In this document: one piece after another, positions 39,978 through 58,154 of the stretch | Position numbering within the stretch: position 1 is the stretch's first letter | How the letters are laid out: every line of letters begins with the position of its first letter | Assembly (NCBI RefSeq): GCF_009914755.1 | Contig: NC_060931.1 | DNA from: the human T2T-CHM13v2.0 reference genome, Homo sapiens | Length of the DNA: 64,000 nucleotides | Direction: 5' to 3' (one strand) | Made by a program: the position numbers and the translations under genes | Notes under the pieces: generated by a model | Database searches by the model: none | Told to the model about the DNA's origin: nothing | The model's input: only the letters and a program-made list of their open reading frames with translations

Positions 39978-40452
39978 GGCCGGGCACGGTGGCCCACACC
40001 TGTAATCCCAGCTCTTTGGGAGGCCGAGGCGGGCGGATCACGTGAGGTCAGGAGTTCGAGATCAGCCTGGCCAACATGGCGAAACTCTGTCTCTACCAAA
40101 AATACAAAAATTAGCCTGGTGTGTTGGCATGAGCCTGTAATCCCAGCTACTCAGGAGGCTGAGGTGGGAGGATCGCTTGAACCTGGGAGGCAGAGGCTGC
40201 AGTGAGTCAAGATCACGCCACTGCAATCTAGCCTGGAAGACGAAGCGAGACTCCATCCCAAAAAAAATAAAAATAAAAATAAAAGAGTCCCAGGGAATCT
40301 ACAAAGTAAAAGTAAATTGCTTGGTCAACGCATTGGCTCAGGCCTGTAATCCCAGTGCTTTGAGAGGCCAAGGTTAGAGGATCGACTAAAGCTAGGAGTC
40401 GAGACCAGCCTGGGCAACACAGCAAGACCCCAGCTCCACCAAAAGAAAAAAA
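39978..40452 (+). mobile_element. Alu (39978-40284) and FLAM (40322-40452)
   Basis: Dimer and monomer. Confidence 0.9.
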
Positions 40453-40951
40453 GTCAATTACTCAAGGGCAATTACAAAGTACCCAATCCTAACCATCCAT
40501 CTGTGACAGCAGGGCCTGGCAAAGACAAGGCCTTGGCAGGAGGTGGGAAGGCTCAGGAAGGAGAGAAACGGCTGAGGGGAGGGAAATTTCCTACTCTGCA
40601 AATCAGACTTCTCCATGACATTGGGAGATCCCTGTGGGGTCAGCCACACTCAGCATTCCTCATCTGCAAGAGCCTACCCTGGCTCAGCTTATCACAAGAT
40701 CAGCATTTCATATTTGGATATCCCGAGAAGAGGAAGAAAAAGAAGGCAGGCTGGAGGGTGGGGGTAGGGGTAACGTCAAACCATCCTGCCTCTTAGGCCC
40801 ACATGCAAATCCCCACTAAACAATCCAAGTCCTTTGATAGGCCCTGCGGTTGATCTTGCCAACCCGGTTTTCTAAGGAGTCACACTGGGTGACCCATCTC
40901 CTCTTGGCCACCCAGGGGACTTCCCCCCAGGGCATTAGAAAGTGCAAGTGA

Positions 40952-41250
<299 letters not shown>

Positions 41251-41487
41251 GTGCCAGTGAGCTCCACCTCTGAGCTGCATCCCTGCCTTCCTGCCAACTT
41301 TCCATACCTGTCACTTCTAGAATGAACCTTTGGAAGAAGAAAGAATAGAAGGGGCTGTCTTCTTGTCTGCTCATTGGTCTAAAAAGTCCTTGCCCAGTAG
41401 ACCTTGGCCTAGGGTGTTAGCCACTGAAGCTGTCTCCCCTTCCTCCTGATTCTGTTCAGGCACCAGGTGGAGTTCCAAACAACTCCC

Positions 41488-41752
41488 AGGTGGAGGATTT
41501 TTTGAGCTCAGGAATTCAAGATCAGCCTGGGCACCATAGTGAGACCCCATCTCTACAAAAAATAAAAACTGAGCCAGGCATGGCAGCACACACCTGTGGT
41601 CCCAGCTACTTGGGAGGCTGAAGTGGGAGGATCATTTGAGCCTAGGAAGTCAAGGCTGCAGTGAGTGAGCTAGGATCACGCCATTGCACTCCAGCCTGGG
41701 CAACAGAGTAAGATCCTGTCTGAAAACGAAACAAAACAAAACAAAACAAAAA
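41488..41752 (+). mobile_element. 5'-truncated AluJ
   Basis: Starts mid left arm; (CAAAA)n tail. Confidence 0.88.
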
Positions 41753-41773
41753 CGGAGCTTGCAGTGTTGCTGA

Positions 41774-42075
<302 letters not shown>

Positions 42076-42315
42076 CGTTGCTGACATTTCTAAACAGCGA
42101 AACAAATGCAGAACAACCACCTCAGACTGGTTACCGTGTGAGAGGGTTCATTGTCTTTTGTGCTTAAGCCACTCTTGACATGGGGTTGTTACTTGTAGCC
42201 AAATGCACATGCCAAGACCTTTCTGGTCTCCATCGGTGTCGACTTGTCGGTGAGGGGGTGCACTCACTGAGTCCCCAGCCTGACGGTTCCACCTATGCCT
42301 CCTGGATCAGCCTGC

Positions 42316-42606
42316 TTTTTTTTTTGTTTGTTTGTTTTGCCAAGAGATAACACAATTTATTTAAATATATTCCAACTCAAGATGAAGGCAAGCGGTTTAC
42401 CTAGAAAGGTTTACATATTTTAGCTATAGTTTTTCACTGAACCATTTTTTTTGAAATGCCATTCTTTTCATTCATGCTTCTTTTATTCTCTCTCTTTAGA
42501 AGTTCACAGTGTTATATAAGTCAAAAACAAGACAAAAACCACCCTAAACATATGGCTTTATGTACATAAAAAATTCAATAATGTTGCCATAACCCCTAAT
42601 ACAGTG
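42316..42606 (-). pseudogene. 5'-truncated processed retrocopy of an mRNA 3' end (3'UTR only) or orphan 3' transduction
   Basis: TSD ctggatca(g/a)cctgcttt at 42302 and 42607; A-tail; AATAAA at 42356-42361; body matches no repeat I recognise. Confidence 0.82.
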
Positions 42607-43108
42607 CTGGATCAACCTGCTTTAAGAAGCAGGTGGCGGCAGGTCTCAGCATTGTAGAACCCCAATATTTAGGTCCATGTATCCGATTCACAGTAAGGCA
42701 AACATTGAAACATCAGCGCTCAGGAGCAGAGAAAGATACATTCAATTTGGCCAAAGCAAGAAGGCGGGAGACCTGAACTCTCACAACCGACTGACCTGAA
42801 CTCTCACATAACTGGGGGCTTTCATGAGTGAGGTGGGTATCCGGGAGGTGACATCCCCAATGATCAACACTGTCTGCACCCCTCGGTCAAACTTCTGGAT
42901 GCCATCAGGGAGGTCTGCATGACCTAAAGATCGTTGTTCTTTAGAAGAAAGACAAGTTCATTAATCATGCATGCAGCCCCTGGGGGTCAGGATATAAAAT
43001 TTATCAGTGATTAGTGACTCCCCTCTACTGAAATGACTATGAAATGAATCATGCACAAAGAAACAAAAGGACAAAGAAAAAGGAAAATAAGTGAAACAAA
43101 CACCTTAT

Positions 43109-43628
<520 letters not shown>

Positions 43629-43854
43629 ACCTTATGATTTTTATAACACAGGCTCGGTTGCAACAGGACTCAGACTCTGGAATGGCACTGGGAGGAACCG
43701 AACATCGTGGCAAGGCTAGCTGAGTCTGCTGGCAGGGACAGCACCCTAGGACTTCGGGTTCCAAACAGAACGTTAGTGAGAGGTTGCCACGGTGGCCCAA
43801 AGACATCCTGGCTCGAAGTCTCAATTAGTTTCCTGAATCCCCATAGCAAGGTAG

Positions 43855-44198
<344 letters not shown>

Positions 44199-44412
44199 GA
44201 CTCGGGCTCTTTTCTATGGAGCTAGCCAGGGACCAATGGGACAGCCCCCAAGGCAGCCCTCAGCAGGTGCACAGGTGATAAGAATGTTGTGGAAGTGGCA
44301 GCCGCCCCGTGGCTGGCATGGGGTCAGCCTCTGTATCTGAGGCACACAGTGATGCATGTTGTGACTTGAAGGGCCTCAGGAGCCCACTCCACCCCTAAGA
44401 AGTGCCCCACAT

Positions 44413-44692
44413 AGGACAGTGCAGTGGCTCATGCCTGTAGTCCCAACACTTTGGGAGGCTGAGGCAAGAGGATTGCTGGAGGTCAGGAGATCAAGACCAG
44501 CCTGGACAGCATAGCAAGACTTCATCTCTATGAAATTTTTTTAAAATTAGCCTGGCATGGTAGCACACACGTGTAGTCTCAGCTACTCAGGAGGCCAGGG
44601 TGGGAGAATTGCTTGAGCCCAGGAGTTTGAGGCTGCAATAACTTAAGATCACACATACCACTGCGCTCCAGCCTAGGAGACAGACCAAAACC
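44413..44692 (+). mobile_element. AluJ
   Basis: Diverged dimer. Confidence 0.9.
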
Positions 44693-44693
44693 T

Positions 44694-44788
44694 GGGGAGG
44701 GGAGGGGAGGGGAGGGGAGGGAGAGGAGGGGAGGGGAGGGGATGGGGAAGGAAGGGGAGGGAAGAGAGAAGGAAAAAAAAAGGGGGGA
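44694..44788. repeat. (GGGGA)n G-rich tract
   Basis: Direct reading. Confidence 0.9.
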
Positions 44789-44963
44789 GTCCCTAACCTG
44801 AAATTCCAGCACTAACAAATTATTTGATTTTAGACAATGGTCTCTTTCTGTGTCCCCTTTAAACTCTAAGTCCCCACAAAGGAACAGCATAATGAGTGTT
44901 CCGTTCCCTTAGAAGATTTGCGTGGAAGAGAAGTCACCAGAAAGCTGAAGGGAAAAGATAGGG

Positions 44964-45266
44964 CAAGGTCCCCAAACCTTTTCTGGAAAGGGTTGTGTGG
45001 TCTCTGGCCCACTATTCACTCTCTGCCATCACAGCATGAAAACAACCACAGACAATTCACAAATAAATGAGTGTGGCAGTGTTACAATAAGTCTTCAGTT
45101 ACAGACACTGAAATCAATTTCATGTGATTATCACATGTCAGGAAATACTATGTTTCTAATTTTTTTCCAACCATTTAAACATGTAAAAGCAATTCTTAGC
45201 TCACAGTCACGAGGAAATAGGTTGCAGGATGAATCTGAATCATAGATGATAATTTACCAATCCCCA
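44964..45266 (+). mobile_element. MER58B-type hAT element
   Basis: caaaccttttctggaaaggg ... aaataaatgagtgtggcagtgttacaataa. Confidence 0.75.
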
Positions 45267-45275
45267 GGACAGAAA

Positions 45276-45730
45276 CATGCCTGTAATCCCAACACTTTGA
45301 AAGGCTGAGGGGGGAGGATCACTTGAGACCAGGAGTTTAAGACCAGCCTAGGCAACACAGCGATTTCTCATCTGTAGAAAAAAATTTAACAATTAAAATT
45401 AGCTGGGCATGATGACCTGTGCCTGTGGTCCCAGATACTTGGGAGGCTGAGGCAGGAGGATTGCTTGAGCCCAGGAGGTCAAAGCTTCAGTGAGCTATGA
45501 TTGCGCCACTGCACTCCAGCCTGGCTAATGGAACAAGACCCTGTCTCGATTAAAAAAAAGAAGAAGAAGAAGAAGATAGAGAGAAAGGAAGGAAGGAAGA
45601 AAAGGAAGGGAGGGAGGGAGGAAGGAGGGAAGGAGGGAAGGAAGGAAGAAAGAAAGAAAAGGAAGAGAGGGAGGGAGGGAGGAAGGGGGGAGGGAGGGAA
45701 GGAAGGAAGGAAGGAAGGGGAGAAAGAAAT
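45276..45730 (+). mobile_element. AluJ (5'-trimmed) with expanded GA-rich tail (45560-45730)
   Basis: Dimer followed by GGAA/GGGA tract. Confidence 0.9.
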
Positions 45731-45767
45731 GTGGAGCCGAATGATCATTTATCTAATACTAGGATAA

Positions 45768-46073
<306 letters not shown>

Positions 46074-46289
46074 GATAATAGGATAATCTTATTATGGGGG
46101 GCATAGACTCTTGGCTTCCTAAAGTTTCACTAAAAATCACTGACTTGAGGCAGTTTGATTAACAGGAGAAAAGACACACAAATTTATTTAACGTATATAC
46201 AGGGGACCCTTCAAAAGGAAGACCCAATCTCCCAAGGAGTTACAGAAACTTAAATACCATCCTGATGCCACAGTAGAAAATGCAGACTC

Positions 46290-47147
<858 letters not shown>

Positions 47148-48090
47148 TGATTTTGCCCGGCCTCGGTGCTCTGGCTCTGAGTCAGCTACTTAATGAGCTC
47201 CCTCGAGCTGACCCCGACCACAGCAGGAAGGTGTGAACACTCCCTCCCAAGAGAGTGAAAAGGTGGAGGGAGTTTTGTCACCTGCTGTAGGCTCCAGCTG
47301 CTCCCAGGGGTGATGGCCTGGGCGGCATTCACACCCCCACTTAGCTGTGGGCAGGAAACTCACAGCCAGGCTGCTGGGACGAGAAGAGCCATGTGACGGC
47401 TTGAAGTGAAAGAGAGCCAGAGGGATGTCTTTGGAGAGATGAGAAGAGACACACTAAAGCAGAATTCGCAAGGAATTATTTTCTTCCTCCTTCCAGACTC
47501 AGCAGGATGGAGGGAAAGTCTCACTGCAGACAGGGACACAGTCAGATGACGTGGCAGCCAGGCAGCAGACAGCTTTTGCTGATGATGAGCTACTACATTA
47601 GTCAAGACTTTATTGCAGGTGATAAAACCCACTTCCAATACACCCAAGTGAAAAAGAAGGTGATTTGTGTTTCCCATGACTGGGGTGTGTGGGGGCAAAG
47701 CTGTGCTCTGGAATGATTGGGACCTGACGGGATATGGGCTCCATCTCCAGATCAGCCTCTGCACACAGTCAGTGTGGACAAAAGGAGTCACACTGTAAAA
47801 TATTTGAGGAGATTTATTATGAGCCAAATATGAGTGACCGTGGCCCATGATACAGCCTCAGGAGATTCTGAGACAAGTGCTCAAGGTGTTAGGCAACAGC
47901 TTGGTTTTATACATGTTAGGGAGACACAAGACATCAGTCAATACATGCAAGGTGTACATTGGTTCAACCTGGAAACGTGGGACAGCCTGAAGCAGGGGAA
48001 GCCGGGGAGGGGGGTGGGGTGATCTGAGGTCATAGGTGGATTCAGAGATTTTCTGATGGGCAATTGGTTGAAAGAGTTAAGTTATTATCA

Positions 48091-48454
<364 letters not shown>

Positions 48455-48540
48455 TTATTATGTACATGAAGCCTCCCAGTAGCAGGCCTCAGAGAGAATG
48501 GATTGTAAATGTTTCTTATCAGACTTAATAAGGTGCCAGA

Positions 48541-48876
<336 letters not shown>

Positions 48877-49866
48877 TCAGGGAAAAGACCTGGAAAGGGA
48901 AGGGGATTCTGTACAGAATGTAGATTTTCCCCACAAGAGACAGCTTTGCAGGGCCGTTTCAAAATATGTCAAAGAAATATATTTTACGGTAAAATACTTC
49001 AATTTCTTTTGGGGGCTGCTATTTGTCATGTGACGCTATACTAGAGTCATGTTGGAATGTGATATCTTACTGCTCCAAAAAGTCTGTTTTGTCAGTCTTA
49101 AGATCTGTTTTAATGGTTAATGCAGGTCAGCTGTGTTGGAATTTCAAAGAGCTGAGAGTATAATGAGGTATGCCCACTTCCATCAAGATCTGAACTAGAT
49201 TTTCAGGTTTACTTTGGAAAGCCTTTTGCCAAGGGCTGGTGGGGGAGGGTGGTCCATCAGTCAGTTGGGGGGCTTAGAATTTTATTTTTGGTTTATACCA
49301 GGGATAAGGGAATGGGCAGTTCTGACCTTTCATCCTTTCCAAAGAGGAAATAAAGCCCCTTTTTTCAGCGTGATTTGCAGAAATCCAGGTAGGTCCTCCA
49401 GTTGGTGCAGCGTGGGTCCTGCACACATCCAGACCATCACCATCTCCAGGGGCAGCTATAGCAGCTGACCCAAGTCACAGTGATGTGGCCAATCTCAGGG
49501 CCACGACGGTTAGGGAGGCTGAGCCCCCCAGCTTCAGTGAGTGAGTGTACCCCACAAAAGGGGATGCCATTGTAGGCGGAACAAAACAAATGCCCCGCAC
49601 AGCACCCCATCCCTCCCACTATAATTCTGAAGGACATGACTGCCCTCCAAATGAAGAATCCCCACGTGGAATGAGCACAACATCTCCACTACTCTAAGAA
49701 CAGCCAAAATAGGCAGTGAAGCTCGGCTTTCAGGAAGCGTTGCATTCATTCAGAGTGGGTGTGCTGATGGAGACGGGAGAAAACTCAAAAGGGGGTGGTG
49801 GTTATTGTCAAAAACAAAAGGCATTTTAAAAACTCTGGATATGCTCTTTCTACCCCTAGGCCTTAA

Positions 49867-50236
<370 letters not shown>

Positions 50237-50340
50237 TCAACCATCGCCTCCTCCGTGAAGCCTGCCTTGGTTCTCCAGGACAAAGTTGGTATCTCACTGC
50301 TGCTCCAGATTCCAAGAGTAGTTTGCATTTACTTCACTGG

Positions 50341-50645
<305 letters not shown>

Positions 50646-50809
50646 TCTTCACTGGTTTTTAATCTCTGGCTCATGGGTACTGCCTCTCTCCTGGGTACTT
50701 CACTATGTGAAGTTTTTCTTCCAGCACCCCAAGCAGAAACCTAACCCTCAGCAGATGTTCCTGACCGGTTTGGTGGGTGGTTAAACTACACAGCAAGATG
50801 TATATTTCC

Positions 50810-51450
50810 TGTGACAGATGGTGTTCTTTACCACGTGGTTTTCTCCTAATAGAACCCACCTCCCATAATAGAGGCTGTAAATTCCACCAACTTCTGCTCC
50901 CAGCCTCCCTTGCAAATGGAGGTTGACAAGGGACTCATTTATGGTGAATAAGACTTAAGAAGTCTCCAAGGGGCTTTTCCCCCTCCTTGATATAAAGAGC
51001 ACCTCAAAAGAGAGAAACTCTCTTGCCTGTCCTCTTCCTTCCTGTCTCTGAACACAACTGTGAGAGGATGTGATGCCTGGAGCTGCAGCAGTGATCTTGA
51101 GATGATGAGGCAACAGCTGTGGTGGCCATCTTGAGACCATGAGGCAACAGCTGTGGTGGCCATCTTGAGACCAGGAGGCAACAGCTGTGGTGGCCATCTT
51201 GAGACCATGAGGCAACAGCTGTGGTGGCCATCTTGAGACCATGAGGCAACAGCCTGGAGACAAAAGCCAACATGTTCAAAATGATGCAGTAGAAAGGTTG
51301 GAAGTGTGTCTTTGATTATTCATCCTTAGATTCAAGGTGGGTAACATACTTCCGTATTGCTTCAAAGAGAAAATAGAAACCTCTATTGTTTAAAGGCATT
51401 TTTAGTTAGTGATTCCATTACTGGAACCAGAGAGCATGCTAACTGACATA
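50810..51450 (+). mobile_element. Old MaLR/ERVL LTR (MLT1I/J-like) containing a VNTR
   Basis: cccagcctcccttgca...gatgtgatgcctggagctgcagcag...tattgtttaa...gctaactgaca. Confidence 0.65.
51081..51253. repeat. 34-bp minisatellite, 4 near-perfect copies plus 1 degenerate copy
   Basis: Unit agctgtggtggccatcttgagaccatgaggcaac. Confidence 0.97.
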
Positions 51451-51562
51451 TGCTTTCTTACTCATGGCAGCAGTTAGAGACTCCACAGTACAAACATCTT
51501 TTCCCATCTAGCACCAGTTTAGAAAAAGGAGGGCCAAAAACCACCTCAAAAATTAAAATTAT

Positions 51563-52005
51563 GGCCAGGAGCACTGGCTCATGTCTGTAATCCCAGTACT
51601 TTGGGAGGCCGAATCAGGTGGATAACTTCTGATCAGGAGTTCAAGACCAGCCTGGCCAACATGGTGAAACCTTGTCTTTACTAAAAATACAAAAATTAGC
51701 CGGGCACAGTGGTGTACGTCTGTAATCCCAGCTACTCAGGAGGTTGAGGTAGAAGAATTGCTTGAACCCAGGAGATGAGAGATTGCAGTGAGCTGAGATC
51801 ACACCATTGCACTCCAGCCTGGGCAAAAAAGTGAGCTATGATCATGTCTCAAAAAACGTATATATATATATTAAAATTATGGGTCATGTATTATGGCTCA
51901 TACCTGTAATCCCAATGCTTTTGGAGGTTGAGGCAGGAAGATTGCTTGAGGCTAGGAGTTTGAGACCAGCCTGGGCAACATAAGACCCTATCTCTACCAA
52001 AAAAT
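51563..52005 (+). mobile_element. Alu (51563-51856) plus FLAM (51880-52005)
   Basis: Target motif attaaaattatg present three times. Confidence 0.88.
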
Positions 52006-52168
52006 ATTTAATAATTTAAAAAATTAAAATTATGAAGGTATTGTCCTTGTTTTGTTTCCAACTATCAATTTATTTGAAGTTAAACACTAAGTGAATAATA
52101 ATGTTCTGTGGCTTGAGCATAAACTCAAAGATCGGACCTCCTGGTTGGTCACCTGAGTACATGTCTAA

Positions 52169-52505
<337 letters not shown>

Positions 52506-52994
52506 CCTCCCCTCATGTTTGTGAAGCATCATGTCCCTCCCCAACCATCTGACCCTGAAGATGGCACCATGAATAAGGATGGTGTGCCACAAGGGTAATA
52601 TTTCACTCAGTAATTTACTCAAAGCCTATGAAATATGCAAATATGCTGAAAAGCTATGTGCTGAGTTGCCTTAGGTGAAACAAAAATCAGGCAAATATGT
52701 ACTTTAACCATCAAGCCAATGCAATAATCTGAATGTTAACTGCAAATCACAACTCAAAAGTTTGAGTTCAGAAGCTAAGCAGGAGCTGGTCAGGTGGATG
52801 GAGGTAGGGATGGGTATTATAGACTGAAACAGTGAGCGGTGGGGAACAGCCAAATGTCCTCAGGCTGATAAGCTATTCCACAGAACTCAGGGGTGAAATG
52901 TGTCAGAGCAAGAGGTCGGAGCATGTGGAGCCAGCCGACATGCTGAGGAGTTTGCACTTGCCCATAGGCTTGAAGGAGACATTGGAGGGTTTAG

Positions 52995-53620
<626 letters not shown>

Positions 53621-53732
53621 CATACACATTTATGCATTCTAGGATCATCACTCTGGAAGCTCTCTGGTGGCTGGACAGAAAAGAGGGAGATGGAATTTGG
53701 GTTTAGTCATAGAGTTATAGTTTGTTTTGGGA

Positions 53733-54041
<309 letters not shown>

Positions 54042-54242
54042 AAGTTATAGTTCTCACCAGTGTCTGCCATTTAAACCCTGAATCTAAAGCATGTGGGTCA
54101 TGCACAGTGCCCGACATATAGGAAGGAGGAAGGGCTCAATAAGTAGCCACCGTTATTATTTCTATGATTATGTGTCCACCACCACCATCTGCAGAATGAT
54201 GGCTAGATAAAACATATCAGCTAGAGGAGTAACTCAGCTAAT

Positions 54243-54466
54243 ACTGCAACCTCCACCTCCTGGGTTCAAGTGATTCTCCTGCCTCAGCCTCCTGAGTAGC
54301 TGGGATTACAGGCACCTGTCACGATGCCCAGTTAATTTTTTGTATTTTTGTAGAGACAGGGTTTCACCATGTTGGCCAAGTTGGTCTCGAACTCCTGACA
54401 AGTAATCCACCCACCTCAGCCTCCCAAAGTACTGGGATTACAGGCGTGAGCCACTGCGCCGCTGGC
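54243..54466 (-). mobile_element. Partial Alu (3' end missing)
   Basis: Starts at actgcaacctcc. Confidence 0.9.
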
Positions 54467-55177
54467 TGATACTGTTTCTATCAGCAACACCTAACACCAC
54501 CAACCCCAATGACATGCCACACACACTTGCTGACGACCTGCTATGGCAGCCTTTCAACTGCGCCTTCATGCTCCATGTAGGCCCCTGTCTTTCACCACTC
54601 CACATTCTACCTGATTCACTAGGGCCTCACTTTTCACACTGAACCCCAGCTCTCCCCATCCTAACACTGGCAGTCAGAAGCTGGCTGTGTTATAGAGGAA
54701 GTGCTGTCTTCTTGTCCCTTGGGTAGGGTCTAGGTCAGAGATAAGTCATAGGATCCCAAGTCCCTAGGAAGAAATGTTTCAGGGGCCATGGGAGCCTTTC
54801 ACCAGGAATTACCATTCTGTGTGTGGCAAACAAATGGTGAGAGTTCCCAGACCATCCTGTGCCCCTGCAGACATCACAAATCGATCACTGCACTCTTTCC
54901 TGCTAAACCAGATGTGCCTGAATGTCCTCCTCAACATGGTGCCCAGGCAATCATTAGTAGCAGGTCTAAGCGAGCACATGCTTTACTAGGGGCCTTAGTC
55001 TGTTTATGCTGCCGTAACAGTATACTTGAGACTGAGTGATTTATAATGAACAGAAATTTATTTTCTCGTTCTACAGGCTGAGAAGTCCAAGATCAAGGTG
55101 CTGGCATTTTGCCAGGGCCTTCTTGCTGTGTCACCACATCCATGGCTGAAGGTAGAAGGGTCAAGAGAGGGTGAGAA

Positions 55178-55529
55178 GCTGGGCACGGTGGTTCACGCCT
55201 GTAATCCCAGCACTTTGGTTCACGCCTGTAATCCCAGCACTTTGGTTCACGCCTGTAATCCCAGCACTTTGGGAGGCCAAGGTGGGTGGATTACTTGAGC
55301 TCAGGAGTTCAAGACCAGCCTGGACAATATGGTGAAACCCTGTCTCCACCAAAAATACAAAAAAAAATTAGCCAGGCATAGTGGCATGCAACTGTAGTCC
55401 CAGCTACTCAGGAGGCTGAGGTGGGAGGATTACTTGAGCCCAGGAGGAGGAGGCTGCAGTGAGTCAACGTTGCACCACTGCACTCCAGCCTGGGCAACAG
55501 AGTGTGACCCCATCTCAAAAAAAAAAAAA
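55178..55529 (+). mobile_element. AluJ with triplicated 27-bp A-box segment
   Basis: tggttcacgcctgtaatcccagcactt occurs three times. Confidence 0.93.
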
Positions 55530-55649
55530 GAGAGAGAGAAGGAGAGAGGGCAAGAGAGAAAGTAAAAGAGAGCTGAACTCACCCTTTTATAACAAACCCA
55601 CTCTAGCAATAACAACATTAATCCATTCACTGCACCCTCATGGCCTAAT

Positions 55650-56498
<849 letters not shown>

Positions 56499-56578
56499 TA
56501 ATCACGTCTCATTAGGCCCACCTACCAATACTGTTGCATTGGGGATTAACTTCCCATCACATGCTCTTTGGGGGATAC

Positions 56579-56874
<296 letters not shown>

Positions 56875-57049
56875 TAGGGGATACTTTCAAACCATAGCAG
56901 GGCTCTTATCTCCTATGCTCATGTTTTTCTGCTCCACTGCTCTGGAGTGAATTAGATTATGCTGACACTCCTGGGCCCTCGTCTCTATCCCCTCCTTAAG
57001 GGAGGAAGATGCTTCGTAGTGGTGAGAATGGCGTTCCCTAATCCCCATC

Positions 57050-57447
57050 TGATATGGTTTGAATATGTGTCTCCACCCAAATCTCATGTTGAAATGTAAT
57101 CCCTGATGCTGGAGGCAGGTCTTGGTGGGAGGTGATTGGACCATGGGGGTAGTTTCTCATGGTTTAGTACCATCCCCCCTTGGTACTATACAGTAAGTTA
57201 GTTCTCATAAGACATGGTTGTTTAAAAGTGTGAGGCACCTCCCCTGTCTCTCTTCCTCCTGCTCCTGCCATGTAAGACGTGCCTCTCCTTTCTCTTCACC
57301 TTCTGCCACGATTGTAAGTTTCCCGAGGCCTCCTCAGCCGTGCTTCCTATACAGTCTGCAGAACCAGGAGCCAATTAAACCTCTTCCCTTTAAAAATTAC
57401 CCAGTCTCAGGTATTTCTTTATAGCAATGTGAGAACAGACTAATACA
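57050..57447 (+). mobile_element. MSTA/B MaLR solo LTR
   Basis: tgatatggtttgaatatgtgtc...aacagactaataca. Confidence 0.9.
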
Positions 57448-57798
57448 CTACCTGAGCAAGGGTTAATGTGTTGGCAGACAGCCCAAGCCCTCTGATTTAC
57501 TGAGTCACAGCACAAAGGAACTGCAGGCTCCTCCCTGCAGGTGCGTAGAGGGACCCTCTCTCTTCCATCAGCATGCACACAAATCTTGCAGGGGAAGGGA
57601 GGCCCCAGTTGATTGAAAAAACTATTTTGACTTTTCAACAGTCCAAGTTATTTCATCCAACTTCTCCTAAGCCAATAATCAGAGTATAAATTTCTAGTAG
57701 TCCTCAGTAAGAGACAATTAATTAGCTACCCAGTTAATTAGCTTCCTCAGTAAGGGGGGAGGCAAAGACATTAACGGAGGCTTCAGTGTCTTTGATAA

Positions 57799-58154
<356 letters not shown>

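Noticed and set aside
42770-42808. 16-bp direct repeat gacctgaactctcaca
   Set aside because: Short duplication inside an LTR; too little evidence for a nuclear-receptor element
50939-51279. Repetitive ORFs in three frames / CRISPR-like array
   Set aside because: Head-to-tail 34-bp VNTR with no unique spacers, no cas genes and eukaryotic context
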